Assembly (NCBI GenBank): GCA_041494705.1
Contig: JBGQBI010000002.1
Span: 30,001 to 62,000 of the forward strand
Length of the DNA stretch: 32,000 nt
Source: Candidatus Methanoperedens sp.
Lineage (GTDB): Archaea > Halobacteriota > Methanosarcinia > Methanosarcinales > Methanoperedenaceae
Direction of reading: 5' to 3'
Shown: piece by piece, positions 1 through 10,196 of the stretch
Numbering within the stretch: position 1 is the first letter of the stretch
Layout: each line of letters starts with the position of its first letter
Made by a program: the position numbers and the translations under genes
Notes under the pieces: generated by a model
The model's input: only the letters and a program-made list of their open reading frames with translations
Told to the model about the DNA's origin: nothing
The model's database searches: none

Positions 1-245
1 AGCCCTGCAATATACTTATAATTCGTTCTCTTCACTCCATCCACGAAAATATTACCTTCATTAATTATTGTCTTGGCTTCCTTGCTGGTATTGGCTATTT
101 TTAGCATATCCCTTACAACAACAAGCAATGGAATCCCTGTTCCCTTGGAATGCGGCCCTGCATTGGCTCCAACTACCCAGTGATGCGTCTTTCTTGTAAT
201 CGGCCATGTTGTTGGTGCCGCCACTCTTTTCTGATGTCTTGCCAT
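1..245 (-). CDS. rps4e: 30S ribosomal protein eS4, N-terminal part (gene runs off the window start)
   Basis: Own translation of the minus strand from ATG at 243-245: MARHQKRVAAPTTWPITRKTHHWVVGANAGPHSKGTGIPLLVVVRDML... This is an eS4-type N-terminus. The position directly after L24 matches the conserved archaeal operon order. Confidence 0.85.
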   Translation of the reverse strand, partial: MARHQKRVAAPTTWPITRKTHHWVVGANAGPHSKGTGIPLLVVVRDMLKIANTSKEAKTIINEGNIFVDGVKRTNYKYIAG

Positions 246-587
246 TTAATCACCTAAGCGCTTTTCATCTTTGATTTCTAATTTTGTTATCATTACGTTC
301 GAAGGCTGTACCGGTCTTGGTACTTCGGTGCCGTCTGATTTGGTGACGCTAACACCGTCTACGGTGATGGTCATTTTTGTAAGATTTACATTGGCTACCT
401 TTCCTTCTTTACCTTTATGATCACCACGAAGGACTTTTACAGTATCGCCGGTGCGTACAGGTATGCTTTTAATTCCGTGTTTTTCCACAAGTTCGGGGCT
501 GAGCATAGCGCCCAGCAGTTTATGCCTCCTGTGGAGCGGCGCCTGGTACCTGGATTTTCTCTGTTTTCTTGGTTGTGTTGATACCAT
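246..587 (-). CDS. rpl24: 50S ribosomal protein uL24
   Basis: ORF 246-596. The sequence [23 protein letters not shown]... is an L24 signature. ATG at 587 has AGGTGA (SD) 5 nt upstream. The GTG at 596 that opens the longest ORF abuts the L14 stop and is less likely. Confidence 0.9.
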   Translation of the reverse strand: MVSTQPRKQRKSRYQAPLHRRHKLLGAMLSPELVEKHGIKSIPVRTGDTVKVLRGDHKGKEGKVANVNLTKMTITVDGVSVTKSDGTEVPRPVQPSNVMITKLEIKDEKRLGD

Positions 588-596
588 GTTTTTCAC

Positions 597-995
597 CTAC
601 ACTATAATCGAGGCTGCTGATGATATCTTCGAGTACCGCTCGGCAGCTTCCCTGGCAACAGGGCCTTTTATTTCAGTGCCTTTTGGCACGCCTTCATCAT
701 CAACTATCACGCATGCATTGTCCTCAAAAGAAACCCGCATTCCATCGGGCCGCCTGAATTCCTTTTTCTGGCGTATTATGACCGCTTTGAAGATTTGTTT
801 TCTCATTTCCGGGGTTCCTTTCTTGACGCTTACGATAAGAGTATCCCCGATACCTGCGCGAGGGTATCTGTTTCTTACACCGCGATATTTTAATACAGAA
901 ATAACTTCAACGACACGCGCCCCCGTGTTATCGGCGACTTCCATACGGCTTGCCGTGTTAATTGCACGCGGTATTTTTGCCTTCATCCCTCTCAT
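597..995 (-). CDS. rpl14: 50S ribosomal protein uL14
   Basis: 132 aa with ...[15 protein letters not shown]...KKG...IIRQKKE. The ATG overlaps the S17 stop (ATGA) and GAGGTG lies upstream. Confidence 0.95.
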   Translation of the reverse strand: MRGMKAKIPRAINTASRMEVADNTGARVVEVISVLKYRGVRNRYPRAGIGDTLIVSVKKGTPEMRKQIFKAVIIRQKKEFRRPDGMRVSFEDNACVIVDDEGVPKGTEIKGPVAREAAERYSKISSAASIIV

Positions 996-1315
996 TTCGA
1001 CACCTCAATAATAACATAGGATTTTGTCTTGCTAAGTGGTCTGCATTCTGCAATCGTTACATTATCGCCCTCTTTTGCATTTATGCAGGGAGGGTTGTGG
1101 GCATGTACCTTGGTCTTTCTCTTCTCGTACCGCTCGAATTTTGCAATCTTTTTGACAAATGTTCTCTGCACAACTACTGTATTATCCATTTTGTCGCTGA
1201 CTACGACTCCTTTTAAAACCTGCCCTCTTACGGGCAGGACTCCATGAAAAGGACATTTGGGATCAGTACATTCTTTTGCTGGCGTTTGAACATCCAGCCC
1301 GATATCTCGTGTCAT
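992..1315 (-). CDS. rps17: 30S ribosomal protein uS17
   Basis: ORF 992-1399 trimmed to ATG at 1315 ([25 protein letters not shown]...). This start lies just downstream of the Rpp29 stop at 1329. The upstream 28 codons overlap Rpp29 and look non-coding. Confidence 0.9.
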   Translation of the reverse strand: MTRDIGLDVQTPAKECTDPKCPFHGVLPVRGQVLKGVVVSDKMDNTVVVQRTFVKKIAKFERYEKRKTKVHAHNPPCINAKEGDNVTIAECRPLSKTKSYVIIEVSK

Positions 1316-1328
1316 TATTATACCTCTT

Positions 1329-1664
1329 CTATTTCCTGAATTTTCTCTTAAATTTTGTCTGGATTCTGTTTTCGGGTTGCGAGAGCAATAATCTTCCATC
1401 GACTTTGAGCGTCAGCGGTAAGTAACGTTTACCGTCAACTGCCTGATGAGACGTCCTCATCAATGATGGAATTGTGAATATAAATGATGAACAGGTTTTT
1501 GATACTTTTTTCTCCTGTTCACCGGTTCTTATTGTAAGCATATTTTTTGTTTCATCGATTATTCGTCCCTCTATTCCTATGAGGGAACTGTTTGTGCTTT
1601 CCACTACATTTGTATCAAGACCGATGAGTTCATGGTGTATGATATTGTGCGGTGTCAGCTTCAT
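1329..1664 (-). CDS. rnp1: RNase P protein component 1 (Rpp29/Pop4 family)
   Basis: 111 aa, ...[37 protein letters not shown]..., an Sm-like Rpp29 pattern. It sits in the conserved slot between L29 and S17 in archaeal operons. Confidence 0.85.
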   Translation of the reverse strand: MKLTPHNIIHHELIGLDTNVVESTNSSLIGIEGRIIDETKNMLTIRTGEQEKKVSKTCSSFIFTIPSLMRTSHQAVDGKRYLPLTLKVDGRLLLSQPENRIQTKFKRKFRK

Positions 1665-1864
1665 TATTCTTTAGGCTCCTTCTGGATTGTTTTTATCCTT
1701 GCGATGGTTTTCCTTATCTCTTTTATCCTGCCCGGATTTTCAGGAGCGCCGCCAGCCGATGCGACAGCACGTTCGCGGATTAGCTCCATTTTGAGCTTGT
1801 CCAGTTCCTCCTGCCGCTCGGTTATGTTCATGTTCCTGATTTCATCGACCCGCAGTATTGCCAT
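1664..1864 (-). CDS. rpl29: 50S ribosomal protein uL29
   Basis: 66 aa, [33 protein letters not shown]... The ATGA overlaps with both neighbours. Confidence 0.9.
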   Translation of the reverse strand: MAILRVDEIRNMNITERQEELDKLKMELIRERAVASAGGAPENPGRIKEIRKTIARIKTIQKEPKE

Positions 1865-2703
1865 TAATTTTCCTCCTTTTTATGGAGACGTGATGCCGGG
1901 TGCCAGTAATCGTACTCCGGATGTTTGTGTTCCATGACATCCCCGTGCATTCTTTCTTCGATATTGCCGGTATGGCTTTCTTCTGCTGTGGGTACAGGCG
2001 CTTCAGGTGCCTGTTCCACCACAGCTTCAGGTTTTACTTCATGCGGAACCGCCTTAACAATCTCTACAATGCCCGCTGCCGGTTTCTTTTCAACTGTTTC
2101 CGTGGCTACAACCTGAACGGTCTTAAACCTGCCAGGAAGCTTAACAGTAGGCCTGATTAACCGGACACGACATCCGATAACTCCCAGTTTTTTAATCGCA
2201 ATGGCAAATCCGTCATCGACCAGTTCCATCGCCGGGTTGCCTGCATGAAGCATATTGCCGCCGACAAATTTTTCGGTCCTTTTCCTTGGACCGGTCAGCT
2301 TGCCCGCGATATCAATCTCGCACCCGAGCGCTCCCGATTCCAGTATCCTGCGAAGCATGTTATGGCCGGCTTTCCTGAAATAAAGGCCGCGTTCGATTGC
2401 GCCTGCAAGCCTTGAGGCCATCATCTGCGCATTGAGTTCCGGGATTTTTACTTCCTGGACATCTATCTGCGGGTTATCCACACGGAAAACGGTTTCAAGG
2501 TCATGTGTAAGCTTGTGTATGGTCTTTCCGCCTTTTCCGATAATCATACCGGGTTTCTCTGCAAATATCGTAATCTGGGTACCCATCGGGGTCCTGTTGA
2601 TATTCATGCCGCCGTAACCGGCGCGTTCTAACTGCTTGGAAAAGTATTCCGCCATTTGAGCCTTATCAAGACCATTCTTAACGAATTTTCTTTCAACTCC
2701 CAT
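1864..2703 (-). CDS. rps3: 30S ribosomal protein uS3 (with C-terminal extension of about 80 aa)
   Basis: 279 aa with a KH domain ([15 protein letters not shown]) and the S3 C-domain ([15 protein letters not shown]). The tail is Pro/Glu/His-rich. Confidence 0.95.
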   Translation of the reverse strand: MGVERKFVKNGLDKAQMAEYFSKQLERAGYGGMNINRTPMGTQITIFAEKPGMIIGKGGKTIHKLTHDLETVFRVDNPQIDVQEVKIPELNAQMMASRLAGAIERGLYFRKAGHNMLRRILESGALGCEIDIAGKLTGPRKRTEKFVGGNMLHAGNPAMELVDDGFAIAIKKLGVIGCRVRLIRPTVKLPGRFKTVQVVATETVEKKPAAGIVEIVKAVPHEVKPEAVVEQAPEAPVPTAEESHTGNIEERMHGDVMEHKHPEYDYWHPASRLHKKEEN

Positions 2704-2705
2704 TA

Positions 2706-3155
2706 TTACGCCTCCAGTATCATTTCAACACTGACTGTTTCGTGGTTCTTTGGAGAAGCCCTGCCCTGCGCTCGCTTAAACTGCCCCATATATGTATGGC
2801 CTTTCTTGGTTGCTATATGGGTTATTCTCATGTTCTCAGGGTCAAGCCCTTTATATGTGGCATTACTTTCGACATTTTTTAATACCTTGAGGAATTCCTT
2901 TGCAGCTTTCTGCGGGTACCTGCCTGTACACATCCCTTTCCTGTGGGGAATGTTTCTTGTATATCTCTTATAAGGCACGGCCTGTTTAAGCTCGGACACA
3001 TCCTCAAGAAAACCTCTGGCTTTATTGAGCTTCATGCCTTTTATTGCCGATGCTATCTCATGCGCATGTTTTTTTGAAATATGAAGTTCCTTGCCCAAAG
3101 CTTTTGAAGTTTTTTCAGGTTCCGGTTCAATTGAGTAATTTAGTTTCATGTGCAT
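2706..3155 (-). CDS. rpl22: 50S ribosomal protein uL22
   Basis: ORF 2706-3158, ...[43 protein letters not shown]... The start is ambiguous: GTG 3158, ATG 3155, or ATG 3149 with AGTGAT upstream. Confidence 0.9.
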   Translation of the reverse strand: MHMKLNYSIEPEPEKTSKALGKELHISKKHAHEIASAIKGMKLNKARGFLEDVSELKQAVPYKRYTRNIPHRKGMCTGRYPQKAAKEFLKVLKNVESNATYKGLDPENMRITHIATKKGHTYMGQFKRAQGRASPKNHETVSVEMILEA

Positions 3156-3568
3156 CACTTCAGCGGGATGAATTTGCTTGATCTTGTAGCTCCAATACCT
3201 GCTGCTCCATGTGAAACTTTCTTTCGTGTCATCACGAATTCACCGAAATAATGACCAACCATTTCAGGAATAATATCAATCGGCACAAACTCTTTTCCAC
3301 TATGGATGGCGATTTTCAGGCCAATCATTTCAGGCAGTACTATCATATCCCGCAAATGCGTCCTGATATTCTGGTCTTTGATCCTGACTTTGTGCATCAA
3401 TTTCTTATGGTCTTCCGAAAGGCCACGCTGTAATGTCCGGCGCTGTCTTGCCGGGACCAGCAGCGCGAACTCGTCCTGGGTCAACTTCTTGAGGTCTTCA
3501 AGTGTTTTTCCTCTGAATGTAAATTCTCCCTTCCTTTTGGGTATTTTAGATGATTCTCTTCTTGCCAT
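3155..3568 (-). CDS. rps19: 30S ribosomal protein uS19
   Basis: 137 aa, ...[26 protein letters not shown]... AGTGAT (SD-like) lies upstream of the ATG. Confidence 0.95.
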   Translation of the reverse strand: MARRESSKIPKRKGEFTFRGKTLEDLKKLTQDEFALLVPARQRRTLQRGLSEDHKKLMHKVRIKDQNIRTHLRDMIVLPEMIGLKIAIHSGKEFVPIDIIPEMVGHYFGEFVMTRKKVSHGAAGIGATRSSKFIPLK

Positions 3569-3574
3569 GTATTA

Positions 3575-4285
3575 TCACTTCTTTCCGGTTCTTCTTGCTG
3601 CTATCGAGCCGACTTTCCGCCCTGGTGGTGTGCCGCGGGCTACGGTCTTTGGTCTTCCCGGATGTTGCCGCCCTCCGCCTCCGAAGGGATGGTCTACAAC
3701 GTTCATTGCAACGCCCCTGCTTCTTGGCCATTTGGTTGCCCTGACTTTCATCCTGTGGAATTTCTTGCCTGCATTGATAAACGGCTTCTCTGTACGCCCT
3801 CCGGCAGCCACAACGCCTATTGTAGCCCTGCATTTGGGATTGAGCCATTTCATCTCGCCGCTTGGCAGTTGCACCACGGTCTTACCCACATCATGCGCCA
3901 CGAGAATCCCGTACATTCCTGATGCCCTTGCGAATTTTCCTCCATCACCGGGTTGTGATTCTATATTGCAGATTGGGATTCCTTCGGGGATTTCCGCAAG
4001 CACCAGGGTATTGCCCGGCTCTACGGCTGCGGATATCCCGCATTGTATTGTCTGGTTGACCTCAGTGCCTTCCGGTATAAGCATCAACCGTTCCTCGCCG
4101 TTGCTGAATGATATGCGCGCAATGGGGGCTGAGCGTGCAGTATCATGGATTATTTCAAGTACTTTTCCCGTGACAATCCCCTCTTCTACCTTTAAATGTT
4201 CAAGGTTTGCTTTGAATTTATGAGAGGGCGCTTTGTACGTCGGAGAACCTTTTCCCCTGCTCTGAGCAATAATTCTATGTCCCAT
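3575..4285 (-). CDS. rpl2: 50S ribosomal protein uL2
   Basis: 236 aa with the ...RGVAMNVVDHPFGGGGRQHPGRP... uL2 signature. Confidence 0.97.
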   Translation of the reverse strand: MGHRIIAQSRGKGSPTYKAPSHKFKANLEHLKVEEGIVTGKVLEIIHDTARSAPIARISFSNGEERLMLIPEGTEVNQTIQCGISAAVEPGNTLVLAEIPEGIPICNIESQPGDGGKFARASGMYGILVAHDVGKTVVQLPSGEMKWLNPKCRATIGVVAAGGRTEKPFINAGKKFHRMKVRATKWPRSRGVAMNVVDHPFGGGGRQHPGRPKTVARGTPPGRKVGSIAARRTGKK

Positions 4286-4294
4286 ATTATCACC

Positions 4295-4540
4295 TTAAAA
4301 TATTCCCAACCTTGAGGCAAGTTCGGTCGCTGTGTTGGGTTCCTCAAATGTTACGATGGCTTTCTTTTTTCCTTTGGAGGTCAGCATCATATTAACGCTT
4401 GCCACCTTCACACTAAAGAGTGCCTCTATCTCTTTTTTCACTTTTGGTTTAGTATCGCTGACATCAACGATGAACTGGAGAACATTATCCTTTTCAGCCA
4501 TCAATGTTGCTTTCTCTGTCACATAAGGGTGCTGAATCAT
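4295..4540 (-). CDS. rpl23: 50S ribosomal protein uL23
   Basis: 81 aa, [26 protein letters not shown]... The ATGA overlaps the L4 stop. Confidence 0.9.
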   Translation of the reverse strand: MIQHPYVTEKATLMAEKDNVLQFIVDVSDTKPKVKKEIEALFSVKVASVNMMLTSKGKKKAIVTFEEPNTATELASRLGIF

Positions 4541-5289
4541 TGCATTGCCTCCTCGAGCTTGGCTATTGCTGATTCGGTAAATATTGTCAAACGTCCCGCA
4601 TGTGTTCCCGGAGCCAATAATTCTGTGTTAAGCTGATCGAAAATAACAATATCCACTCCGGCAAGATTACGTGCCGCTTTAGCTATTCCATTATCCTCTG
4701 CTGTCACGATCAAAATACTCTTTGTATTCTTGTATCTCCTGCCCCTGAGCTTTCCTCTTCCTGCCCTGATTGTAGTGTCTTTTGCTCTCTCTATATCATC
4801 CCAGACCTTTGCTGCTTCCAGGAAAGATTTTACATCTTTTGTTTTGGTAAGAGCCGCAAGATTATCAACCGCGATCAAAGGTAATTGTGCAGAGAATTTG
4901 TGTCCTCTTTTCGTTACGAGTTCCAGATTACCTGTCGCTGCAAGTGCTGACCTGATAGCTTTTTTACGCTCTTTGTCATTGATTTTTTCTGTCCTGTCTT
5001 TTTCAGGTTTCGGCGGATGCGCCTCTCTTCCCTTAACTGCCTGGGGTATTCTCGCTGATTTGCTGCCGTTCTTTATCCTGGCAACTCTTGACACGCCGCG
5101 TCCCGGTCCCCATCCTTCGGCTGACGTCCTCATGCCTGCGTACATGTGCGGGCCGTAGGGCTGCTGCCTGTTCGCCTGGGCCGCAAGCACCGCTTTCTTT
5201 ATAAGATCAGGACGGTAGGTTTCGTCAAATAGCGACGATGAAATTTTCTTTGTTGTATTTCCTGATAAATCGATTATGTTAATATCCAT
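4537..5289 (-). CDS. rpl4: 50S ribosomal protein uL4
   Basis: ORF 4537-5313, whose longest start is TTG. ATG at 5289 ([11 protein letters not shown]...) is preceded by GGTGAT and lies after the L3 stop at 5294. Confidence 0.92.
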   Translation of the reverse strand: MDINIIDLSGNTTKKISSSLFDETYRPDLIKKAVLAAQANRQQPYGPHMYAGMRTSAEGWGPGRGVSRVARIKNGSKSARIPQAVKGREAHPPKPEKDRTEKINDKERKKAIRSALAATGNLELVTKRGHKFSAQLPLIAVDNLAALTKTKDVKSFLEAAKVWDDIERAKDTTIRAGRGKLRGRRYKNTKSILIVTAEDNGIAKAARNLAGVDIVIFDQLNTELLAPGTHAGRLTIFTESAIAKLEEAMQ

Positions 5290-5293
5290 AGAA

Positions 5294-6307
5294 TCACCCT
5301 TGTTTTGACTCAAGACTTATATACGTTATCTCCGGAGTCTGCGCCAGTACTTGTTTATTCGGTCTTATTGCCGGCCGTATGCGCACAAGTCTTTTTGCCG
5401 GTCCGGGCAAGCTGCCCTTGATAATGATATAATCGTTCCTTATAATACCGTAATTCAAAAATCCGCTCTCTGGAGTTACAGTTTTACCATCCTTACCGAT
5501 TTGCATGATCCTTTTATTGAATTCGGTTCTCTGGTGATAGCCAGTCTGCCCCAATTGCGGAACCCTCCAGCTTACATGCGAAGGATGCCACGGTCCGAGA
5601 GTGCCTATCTCTCTCACGCTGCCAGCTCTTGAATGTTTTGCTTTCTGTAGCTGTATGCCCCAGCGCTTAACCGGGCCCTGGACCCCTTTTCCTATTGTTA
5701 CGGCAAGAACATCGATAATGTCGCCGTTCTTGAACACATCATTTATACTGACAGCTTTGCCCAGAAGGGTCTTTGCATACTCAAACCGTACTTTTAAGTC
5801 GGTTCCACCGATATTGTTTTCCATGATTTCGGGTTTTTTCTTGGGGATGCCCGTTACTTTCTCAGGCAGAGTGTACATTATTACTCTCAAATCCTTGGCA
5901 ACCCCGTCTTTGATAAGCTGCTCTATTTTGGCAAGTGCCGCCGGAAGGTCATGTTTCTTTGGAACCGTGATGGCACGGTTAAGTTCTTTATCAAGTTCTG
6001 TTGTCCAAGCTTCGGCTATTGCGCTGGCGCCATAAGTGGTATTTTTATAAACCCGGATAGCTGCAACCTTCATTGCAGGAGCTTCCATAATGGTTACCGG
6101 TACTGAAATTTCCATCCCTGTGGTCAGGCTGTTGGGGGCGTCATCTCTCATAATCAGATGGGTCATGCCGGCCTTGTAACCAGCAAATCCTAACAGCTTG
6201 GGCTCTTTTATCAGAGGCCACGCTCTTACACGGGGGGTTTCACTTCTTGCTCTTACTCGCGGGCTGTATGCAATTGATCCGCGCCTTGGTCTGTGGGGAT
6301 GTGACAT
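5294..6307 (-). CDS. rpl3: 50S ribosomal protein uL3
   Basis: 337 aa, [20 protein letters not shown]...[10 protein letters not shown]... A strong SD (AAGGAGG) lies upstream of the ATG. This is the first gene of the operon. Confidence 0.95.
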   Translation of the reverse strand: MSHPHRPRRGSIAYSPRVRARSETPRVRAWPLIKEPKLLGFAGYKAGMTHLIMRDDAPNSLTTGMEISVPVTIMEAPAMKVAAIRVYKNTTYGASAIAEAWTTELDKELNRAITVPKKHDLPAALAKIEQLIKDGVAKDLRVIMYTLPEKVTGIPKKKPEIMENNIGGTDLKVRFEYAKTLLGKAVSINDVFKNGDIIDVLAVTIGKGVQGPVKRWGIQLQKAKHSRAGSVREIGTLGPWHPSHVSWRVPQLGQTGYHQRTEFNKRIMQIGKDGKTVTPESGFLNYGIIRNDYIIIKGSLPGPAKRLVRIRPAIRPNKQVLAQTPEITYISLESKQG

Positions 6308-6531
6308 TTTTCCTCCTTTGACAATATGTAATACTAATACGTGGGATTTTTACTGCAAGCTGCAAACCATCGGGCCTGCAAATAGGTCATCACAAATAGA
6401 TTTTGATTTACATGCATTGGCGGGCATACGATAACCGCATTGGCCCTTGCAATTCATCAAATCCGACTTTGATCGACTTCAACTTGCGTAATATATACGC
6501 ACCGTACTTTTCGCTTTAAACGAATAAGAAG

Positions 6532-6540
6532 TATTTAAAA
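6532..6540 (-). promoter_or_regulatory. Candidate TATA box for the L3 ribosomal operon
   Basis: The minus strand reads GCTTTTAAATACTTC. A second candidate, TATATATT, lies at 6490-6497 (minus). Either one implies a 5' leader of about 150-200 nt. Confidence 0.25.
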
Positions 6541-6565
6541 GCTTTGGAGGGATTTTCGTTACATT

Positions 6566-7186
6566 TTATATCATTATTCCAGCGGCTATCTCCACCATCT
6601 CATTCACCACCGCAACTGCCACTGGCGTTCCTCCGCGTGTCCCCACACAGGTGATGGAAGGCACTTTCAGGCTTCGCACGCGCTCCTTTGACTCGGCGGC
6701 ATTCACGAACCCCACCGGCGTGGCTACAAGAAGCGCAGGTTTAAGCCCGCGCTCTATCATATCGCATACCGTCAGCGCGGCAGATGGTGCATTCCCGATT
6801 ACGATTATAGCCCCGGGAAGCTCTTTTTCAAGCGCCATGAATCCCGCGCTGGTTCTTGTTGCGCCGGTTCTTTTGGCAATATCATTTCCTGCATCAAGGA
6901 CGCACCTGACATCGCAATTATGCCCTCGCTTTGTTATTCCCACCTGCGCCATTTTTATGTCCGTGAAAATCGTGGCGCCTTTTTTTATCGCTAAAATTCC
7001 TGCCTTTACCGCGTCATTATTAAACCTCATGAGGTCTGCAAAAGCCGGGTCACCCGTGGCCATCACACAGCGCTGCCGTATCCTGTCCTCTGGCGTATCG
7101 CCTTTCACGATGTCGCGAACGATGGCACGGCTCTTCTCGCTGATTTCTCTGGCTTCTCTTGTCCGCGCGCCAAAGCTAGTATTCAT
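6566..7186 (-). CDS. cbiC: Cobalt-precorrin-8 methylmutase (CbiC/CobH family)
   Basis: ORF 6566-7273, whose longest start is TTG. It is trimmed to ATG 7186 with GGAG upstream. Motifs seen: ...EISEKSRAIVRDIV..., ...VIGNAPSAL..., ...GFVNAAESKE... Confidence 0.85.
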   Translation of the reverse strand: MNTSFGARTREAREISEKSRAIVRDIVKGDTPEDRIRQRCVMATGDPAFADLMRFNNDAVKAGILAIKKGATIFTDIKMAQVGITKRGHNCDVRCVLDAGNDIAKRTGATRTSAGFMALEKELPGAIIVIGNAPSAALTVCDMIERGLKPALLVATPVGFVNAAESKERVRSLKVPSITCVGTRGGTPVAVAVVNEMVEIAAGIMI

Positions 7187-7269
7187 ACTTCGGCTCCGAA
7201 ACCCTGCGGGTTCTCGACTCCGCACACACGTATGGCTGCGCCATACGTGGATACACACTACTGCAACTA

Positions 7270-8031
7270 TCAATATTCATACTTCCTCTGGTAGCCTCTT
7301 GGCGTAATTATCCTGTTTTCCCACAGCCTCGACTCACTGTTCCCGATAAGCACAATAGTGCTCATATCGATTTCATCGTTGTACTCCATAATTCTACCAA
7401 GAGTTGTCGCAATAACTGTTTCTCCTTCACGCGTTGCATTTTTCACGATTCCCACAGGCGTCCCATCGTTCCTGTATTTTCGTATAATCTCTATAGCCTT
7501 TCCAAAATTCTCCCTGCGGTTCCTGCTCTTTGGATTGTAAATGGCAATCACAAAATCCGCTTCGGAAGCGCGGTCAAGGCGGCGCTCTATTATCTCTTTA
7601 GGTGTCAGGAGATCGCTCAGGCTGATAACAGCAAAATCGTTCACCAGCGGTGCTCCGAGAAGCGATGATGCCGCACTTATCGCTGTCACACCCGGAATAA
7701 CCTCGATGTTTATATCTTCGGCTTTCTCAGCCATCTCAAACACAAGACCCGCCATTCCATAAACATTCGCATCACCGCCGCTGATTATTGAAACGACATG
7801 GTCTTTTGCGAGAAGAACCGCTTCCCTGGCCCGCGAAAGTTCGCCGCCCATCCCGCTTCTTATGATTTTTGCGTTTTTTATAACCACTCTAATCTGGTCA
7901 AGGTATGTGCCATTGCCAATAACGTAATCAGATTCAAGCAGCACCCTTTCTGCTTTTTTTGTTAAGTGTTCAACTGCTCCGGGGCCTATGCCCACGATGT
8001 ACAATTTACCGTGCGATTGCGATTGTGACAT
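7270..8031 (-). CDS. cbiH: Cobalt-factor III / precorrin-3B C17-methyltransferase (CbiH/CobJ family)
   Basis: ORF 7270-8082 trimmed to ATG 8031 (MSQSQSHGKLYIVGIGPGAVEHLT...), with GAGGA upstream. It has a tetrapyrrole methylase fold (GDANVYGMAG; VIPGVTA). Confidence 0.85.
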   Translation of the reverse strand: MSQSQSHGKLYIVGIGPGAVEHLTKKAERVLLESDYVIGNGTYLDQIRVVIKNAKIIRSGMGGELSRAREAVLLAKDHVVSIISGGDANVYGMAGLVFEMAEKAEDINIEVIPGVTAISAASSLLGAPLVNDFAVISLSDLLTPKEIIERRLDRASEADFVIAIYNPKSRNRRENFGKAIEIIRKYRNDGTPVGIVKNATREGETVIATTLGRIMEYNDEIDMSTIVLIGNSESRLWENRIITPRGYQRKYEY

Positions 8032-8875
8032 TACCGTATATCCTCTTTTTAAGTACCAGTTTTTTTTCATCAGACAATGCAAGCGCTGCTGGTTCGCATA
8101 CGCCGTTCAATCCAAGTTGCTTCGCTTTGGACTGCGAAGGAGCCTTTATAGAATTGATGAGTTCATGAGAGACGAATTTAATCTCCTTTCCTAACGAAGC
8201 TGCTGCATCAAGGATCCCCTGCTCGTTTTCTTTAATAGCAGCCGATGCAAAGTATCTCACATCATCGACGCCGGAATTGATTTCCAAAAGCGCGCCGGTA
8301 ATCGCATTAATAACTTCGCTTTTCCCGACTCCGCGATTGGCGCCAATTCCCACAATCAGCCCGCCCCTTTTCAGCACACTGACATCGTCATCCACAAGCA
8401 CAATCTTCGGACCTTTTACATGCAGGACTTCGACATCCGTTTCAAGCAGTGCCATATTCACTTTTTTTGTTGAATCTTTGTTAATAATAGTGCAACCAAG
8501 TGCATCAGCAATTCCTTCAACCGATATTTTCCCTTCCACTTCTGTGGCCGTAGTTATCACAGGAGTTATGCCCATGCCTGCAAGCCTTCTTGCAAGTTCA
8601 TTCCCTCCATGATGACCGCCCAGTACTGGTATGGCAAAATTCAAACCCGAATCCACAACAACGACTGCAGGGTCTTTCCACTTATCACGTATAAGGGGTG
8701 CAATGTTCCTGACCGCTATTCCCGCTGCCATCACAGCTATTATCGAATCGTATTTCTCAAAAGTTTGTTTGAAAGCCTCTTTTGTGTATTTAATTACTTC
8801 CCCGCCTGTGAAATCCCTTAACTTTTCCGCGATATCAAGATTTCGGGAAAATGTGATGATTGCCAGTTCACCCAT
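8006..8875 (-). CDS. cbiG: Cobalamin biosynthesis protein CbiG
   Basis: ORF 8006-8920 trimmed to ATG 8875 (MGELAIITFSR...). Motifs seen: ...VLGGHHGGNELA... and a C-terminal ...GVCEPAALL-like (GVCEPAALAL) motif typical of CbiG. Confidence 0.8.
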   Translation of the reverse strand: MGELAIITFSRNLDIAEKLRDFTGGEVIKYTKEAFKQTFEKYDSIIAVMAAGIAVRNIAPLIRDKWKDPAVVVVDSGLNFAIPVLGGHHGGNELARRLAGMGITPVITTATEVEGKISVEGIADALGCTIINKDSTKKVNMALLETDVEVLHVKGPKIVLVDDDVSVLKRGGLIVGIGANRGVGKSEVINAITGALLEINSGVDDVRYFASAAIKENEQGILDAAASLGKEIKFVSHELINSIKAPSQSKAKQLGLNGVCEPAALALSDEKKLVLKKRIYGNVTIAIAR

Positions 8876-10196
8876 AAAGATGAGACCTCTTGTAGTTCTG
8901 CGGTGCCAGGACATTACCAATAATAATCATTGCAGATTTATTAATCCCGGCAGCTTCTACCTTATCAGCGATATCACCCACTGTTCCGAGAATCACTTTC
9001 TCATCTTCCCATGACGCATGATACACCACAGCGGCAGGCGTTTCTTCTGGATATGCCACCTTGTCCATGATTTCCTTTAGTTTATCTGTTCCAAGATATA
9101 TCGCCATAGTGGCATTATGGCGCGATAACTCACGCAGCGAGTCCTTTTCAAGCGTAGTTCCTGCCGGTCTTGTGATTATCAACGTTTCTGTAATCCCGTT
9201 TATCGTAAGCTGGGTTTTTAGCGAGGCGGCAGAAGCGAAGAGCGAAGTCACCCCTGGAATTATTTCAATATCTATTCCGCGTTTTTTCAATCCATCTATC
9301 TGCTCGATAATCGCCCCGTACAATGAAGGGTCGCCGCTGTGCAGCCTGACTACTGTTTTACCCGCCTCAACACCTTTTGCAAGGGCTTCTATTATTTCTT
9401 CAAGCTTCATGCCGAAGCTATCGAGCTTTTCTCCGTGTGTATAATTCAAAACCAGAGGATTCACAAGCGAACCTGCATACATAACAAGGTCGGCTGATTC
9501 AAGAAGCTCGCGCCCTTTTACGGTGATATATTTCGGGTTTCCAGGACCTGCGCCAACAAAATAGACGATTTTTTTATCATTTTTGTTTTCTTTCTTCTTC
9601 TTTGCTACCATGAGGCTGAAATAATCACCTGATTCCGGGATTTCACCGGTGATTCGTTCGTTGTCCATAAACAGCCGCTCTGCGAAAATGAACTCATTAA
9701 AACCCTCATCCTGCAATGCTTTTTTTACTTTTACAGGATGCTTTGCCTTCAGGATTATTTTGGTTGCTACCGGGGAACCATCGCTCACCATGAACGAGGC
9801 GTCGATGCTTGTATTCGTCCGCGCCGCCTGTGCCGTTACAGCGCTGACTCCCGGGATTGTAGTTATCTCGATTTCGGGGTATTTTTCCTTAATCGTCCTT
9901 CTAAGATGCGAAAACGTAGAAAAAACATTGGGGTCGCCAAGTACTGCAAACGAGACCATGCCTTTTTTCGCCTCTTCTGCCACCACCCCGGCATTTTTTT
10001 CCCATATTTTTGAAAGTTCTTCCTTATCCTGAATCATGGGAAAATCGAGAATTTCAGCCCTGGCATAAGGTGAAACGAGCTTTTCCGCCATTTTCCCAGG
10101 CACAAACACCTTCTTGCTTTCTTTTAATGCTTTTATGGCAGCCAGCGTAAGAAGGTCGGGGTTTCCGGGTCCGAGTCCTATACCGACCAGCATCAT
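8868..10196 (-). CDS. cbiL/cbiF: Fused CbiL (precorrin-2 C20-methyltransferase) and CbiF (precorrin-4 C11-methyltransferase)
   Basis: 442 aa. The N-terminal half has GIGLGPGNPDLLT, DFPM and LGDPNVFST, which are CbiL hallmarks. A lysine-rich linker KKKKENKNDKK (aa 199-209, nt 9570-9602) follows. The C-terminal half has VYFVGAGPGNPKYITVKG...LVMYAGSLV...RLHSGDPSLYGA, which is CbiF-like. Confidence 0.8.
   Translation of the reverse strand: MMLVGIGLGPGNPDLLTLAAIKALKESKKVFVPGKMAEKLVSPYARAEILDFPMIQDKEELSKIWEKNAGVVAEEAKKGMVSFAVLGDPNVFSTFSHLRRTIKEKYPEIEITTIPGVSAVTAQAARTNTSIDASFMVSDGSPVATKIILKAKHPVKVKKALQDEGFNEFIFAERLFMDNERITGEIPESGDYFSLMVAKKKKENKNDKKIVYFVGAGPGNPKYITVKGRELLESADLVMYAGSLVNPLVLNYTHGEKLDSFGMKLEEIIEALAKGVEAGKTVVRLHSGDPSLYGAIIEQIDGLKKRGIDIEIIPGVTSLFASAASLKTQLTINGITETLIITRPAGTTLEKDSLRELSRHNATMAIYLGTDKLKEIMDKVAYPEETPAAVVYHASWEDEKVILGTVGDIADKVEAAGINKSAMIIIGNVLAPQNYKRSHLYG

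Noticed and set aside
1867-2106. His/Pro/Glu-rich C-terminal extension of uS3
   Set aside because: Archaeal uS3 C-termini vary widely in length and composition, so the extension is not clearly unusual without comparison to relatives.
3306-4223. 305-aa plus-strand ORF
   Set aside because: It is entirely antisense to the confidently identified uL2/uS19 genes. Its low-complexity Ser/Pro/Leu-rich translation is typical of a shadow ORF.
7187-7273. N-terminal extensions of the longest ORFs for cbiC (7273), cbiH (8082), cbiG (8920), uS17 (1399), uL4 (5313), cofE (22337) and the membrane protein (23025)
   Set aside because: The extensions begin at TTG/GTG or overlap the upstream gene, and they translate to non-conserved sequence. 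Internal ATGs with SD motifs or TATA spacing give protein N-termini that match the families.
6651-7307. 218-aa plus-strand ORF
   Set aside because: It is antisense to cbiC and has no recognisable motifs.
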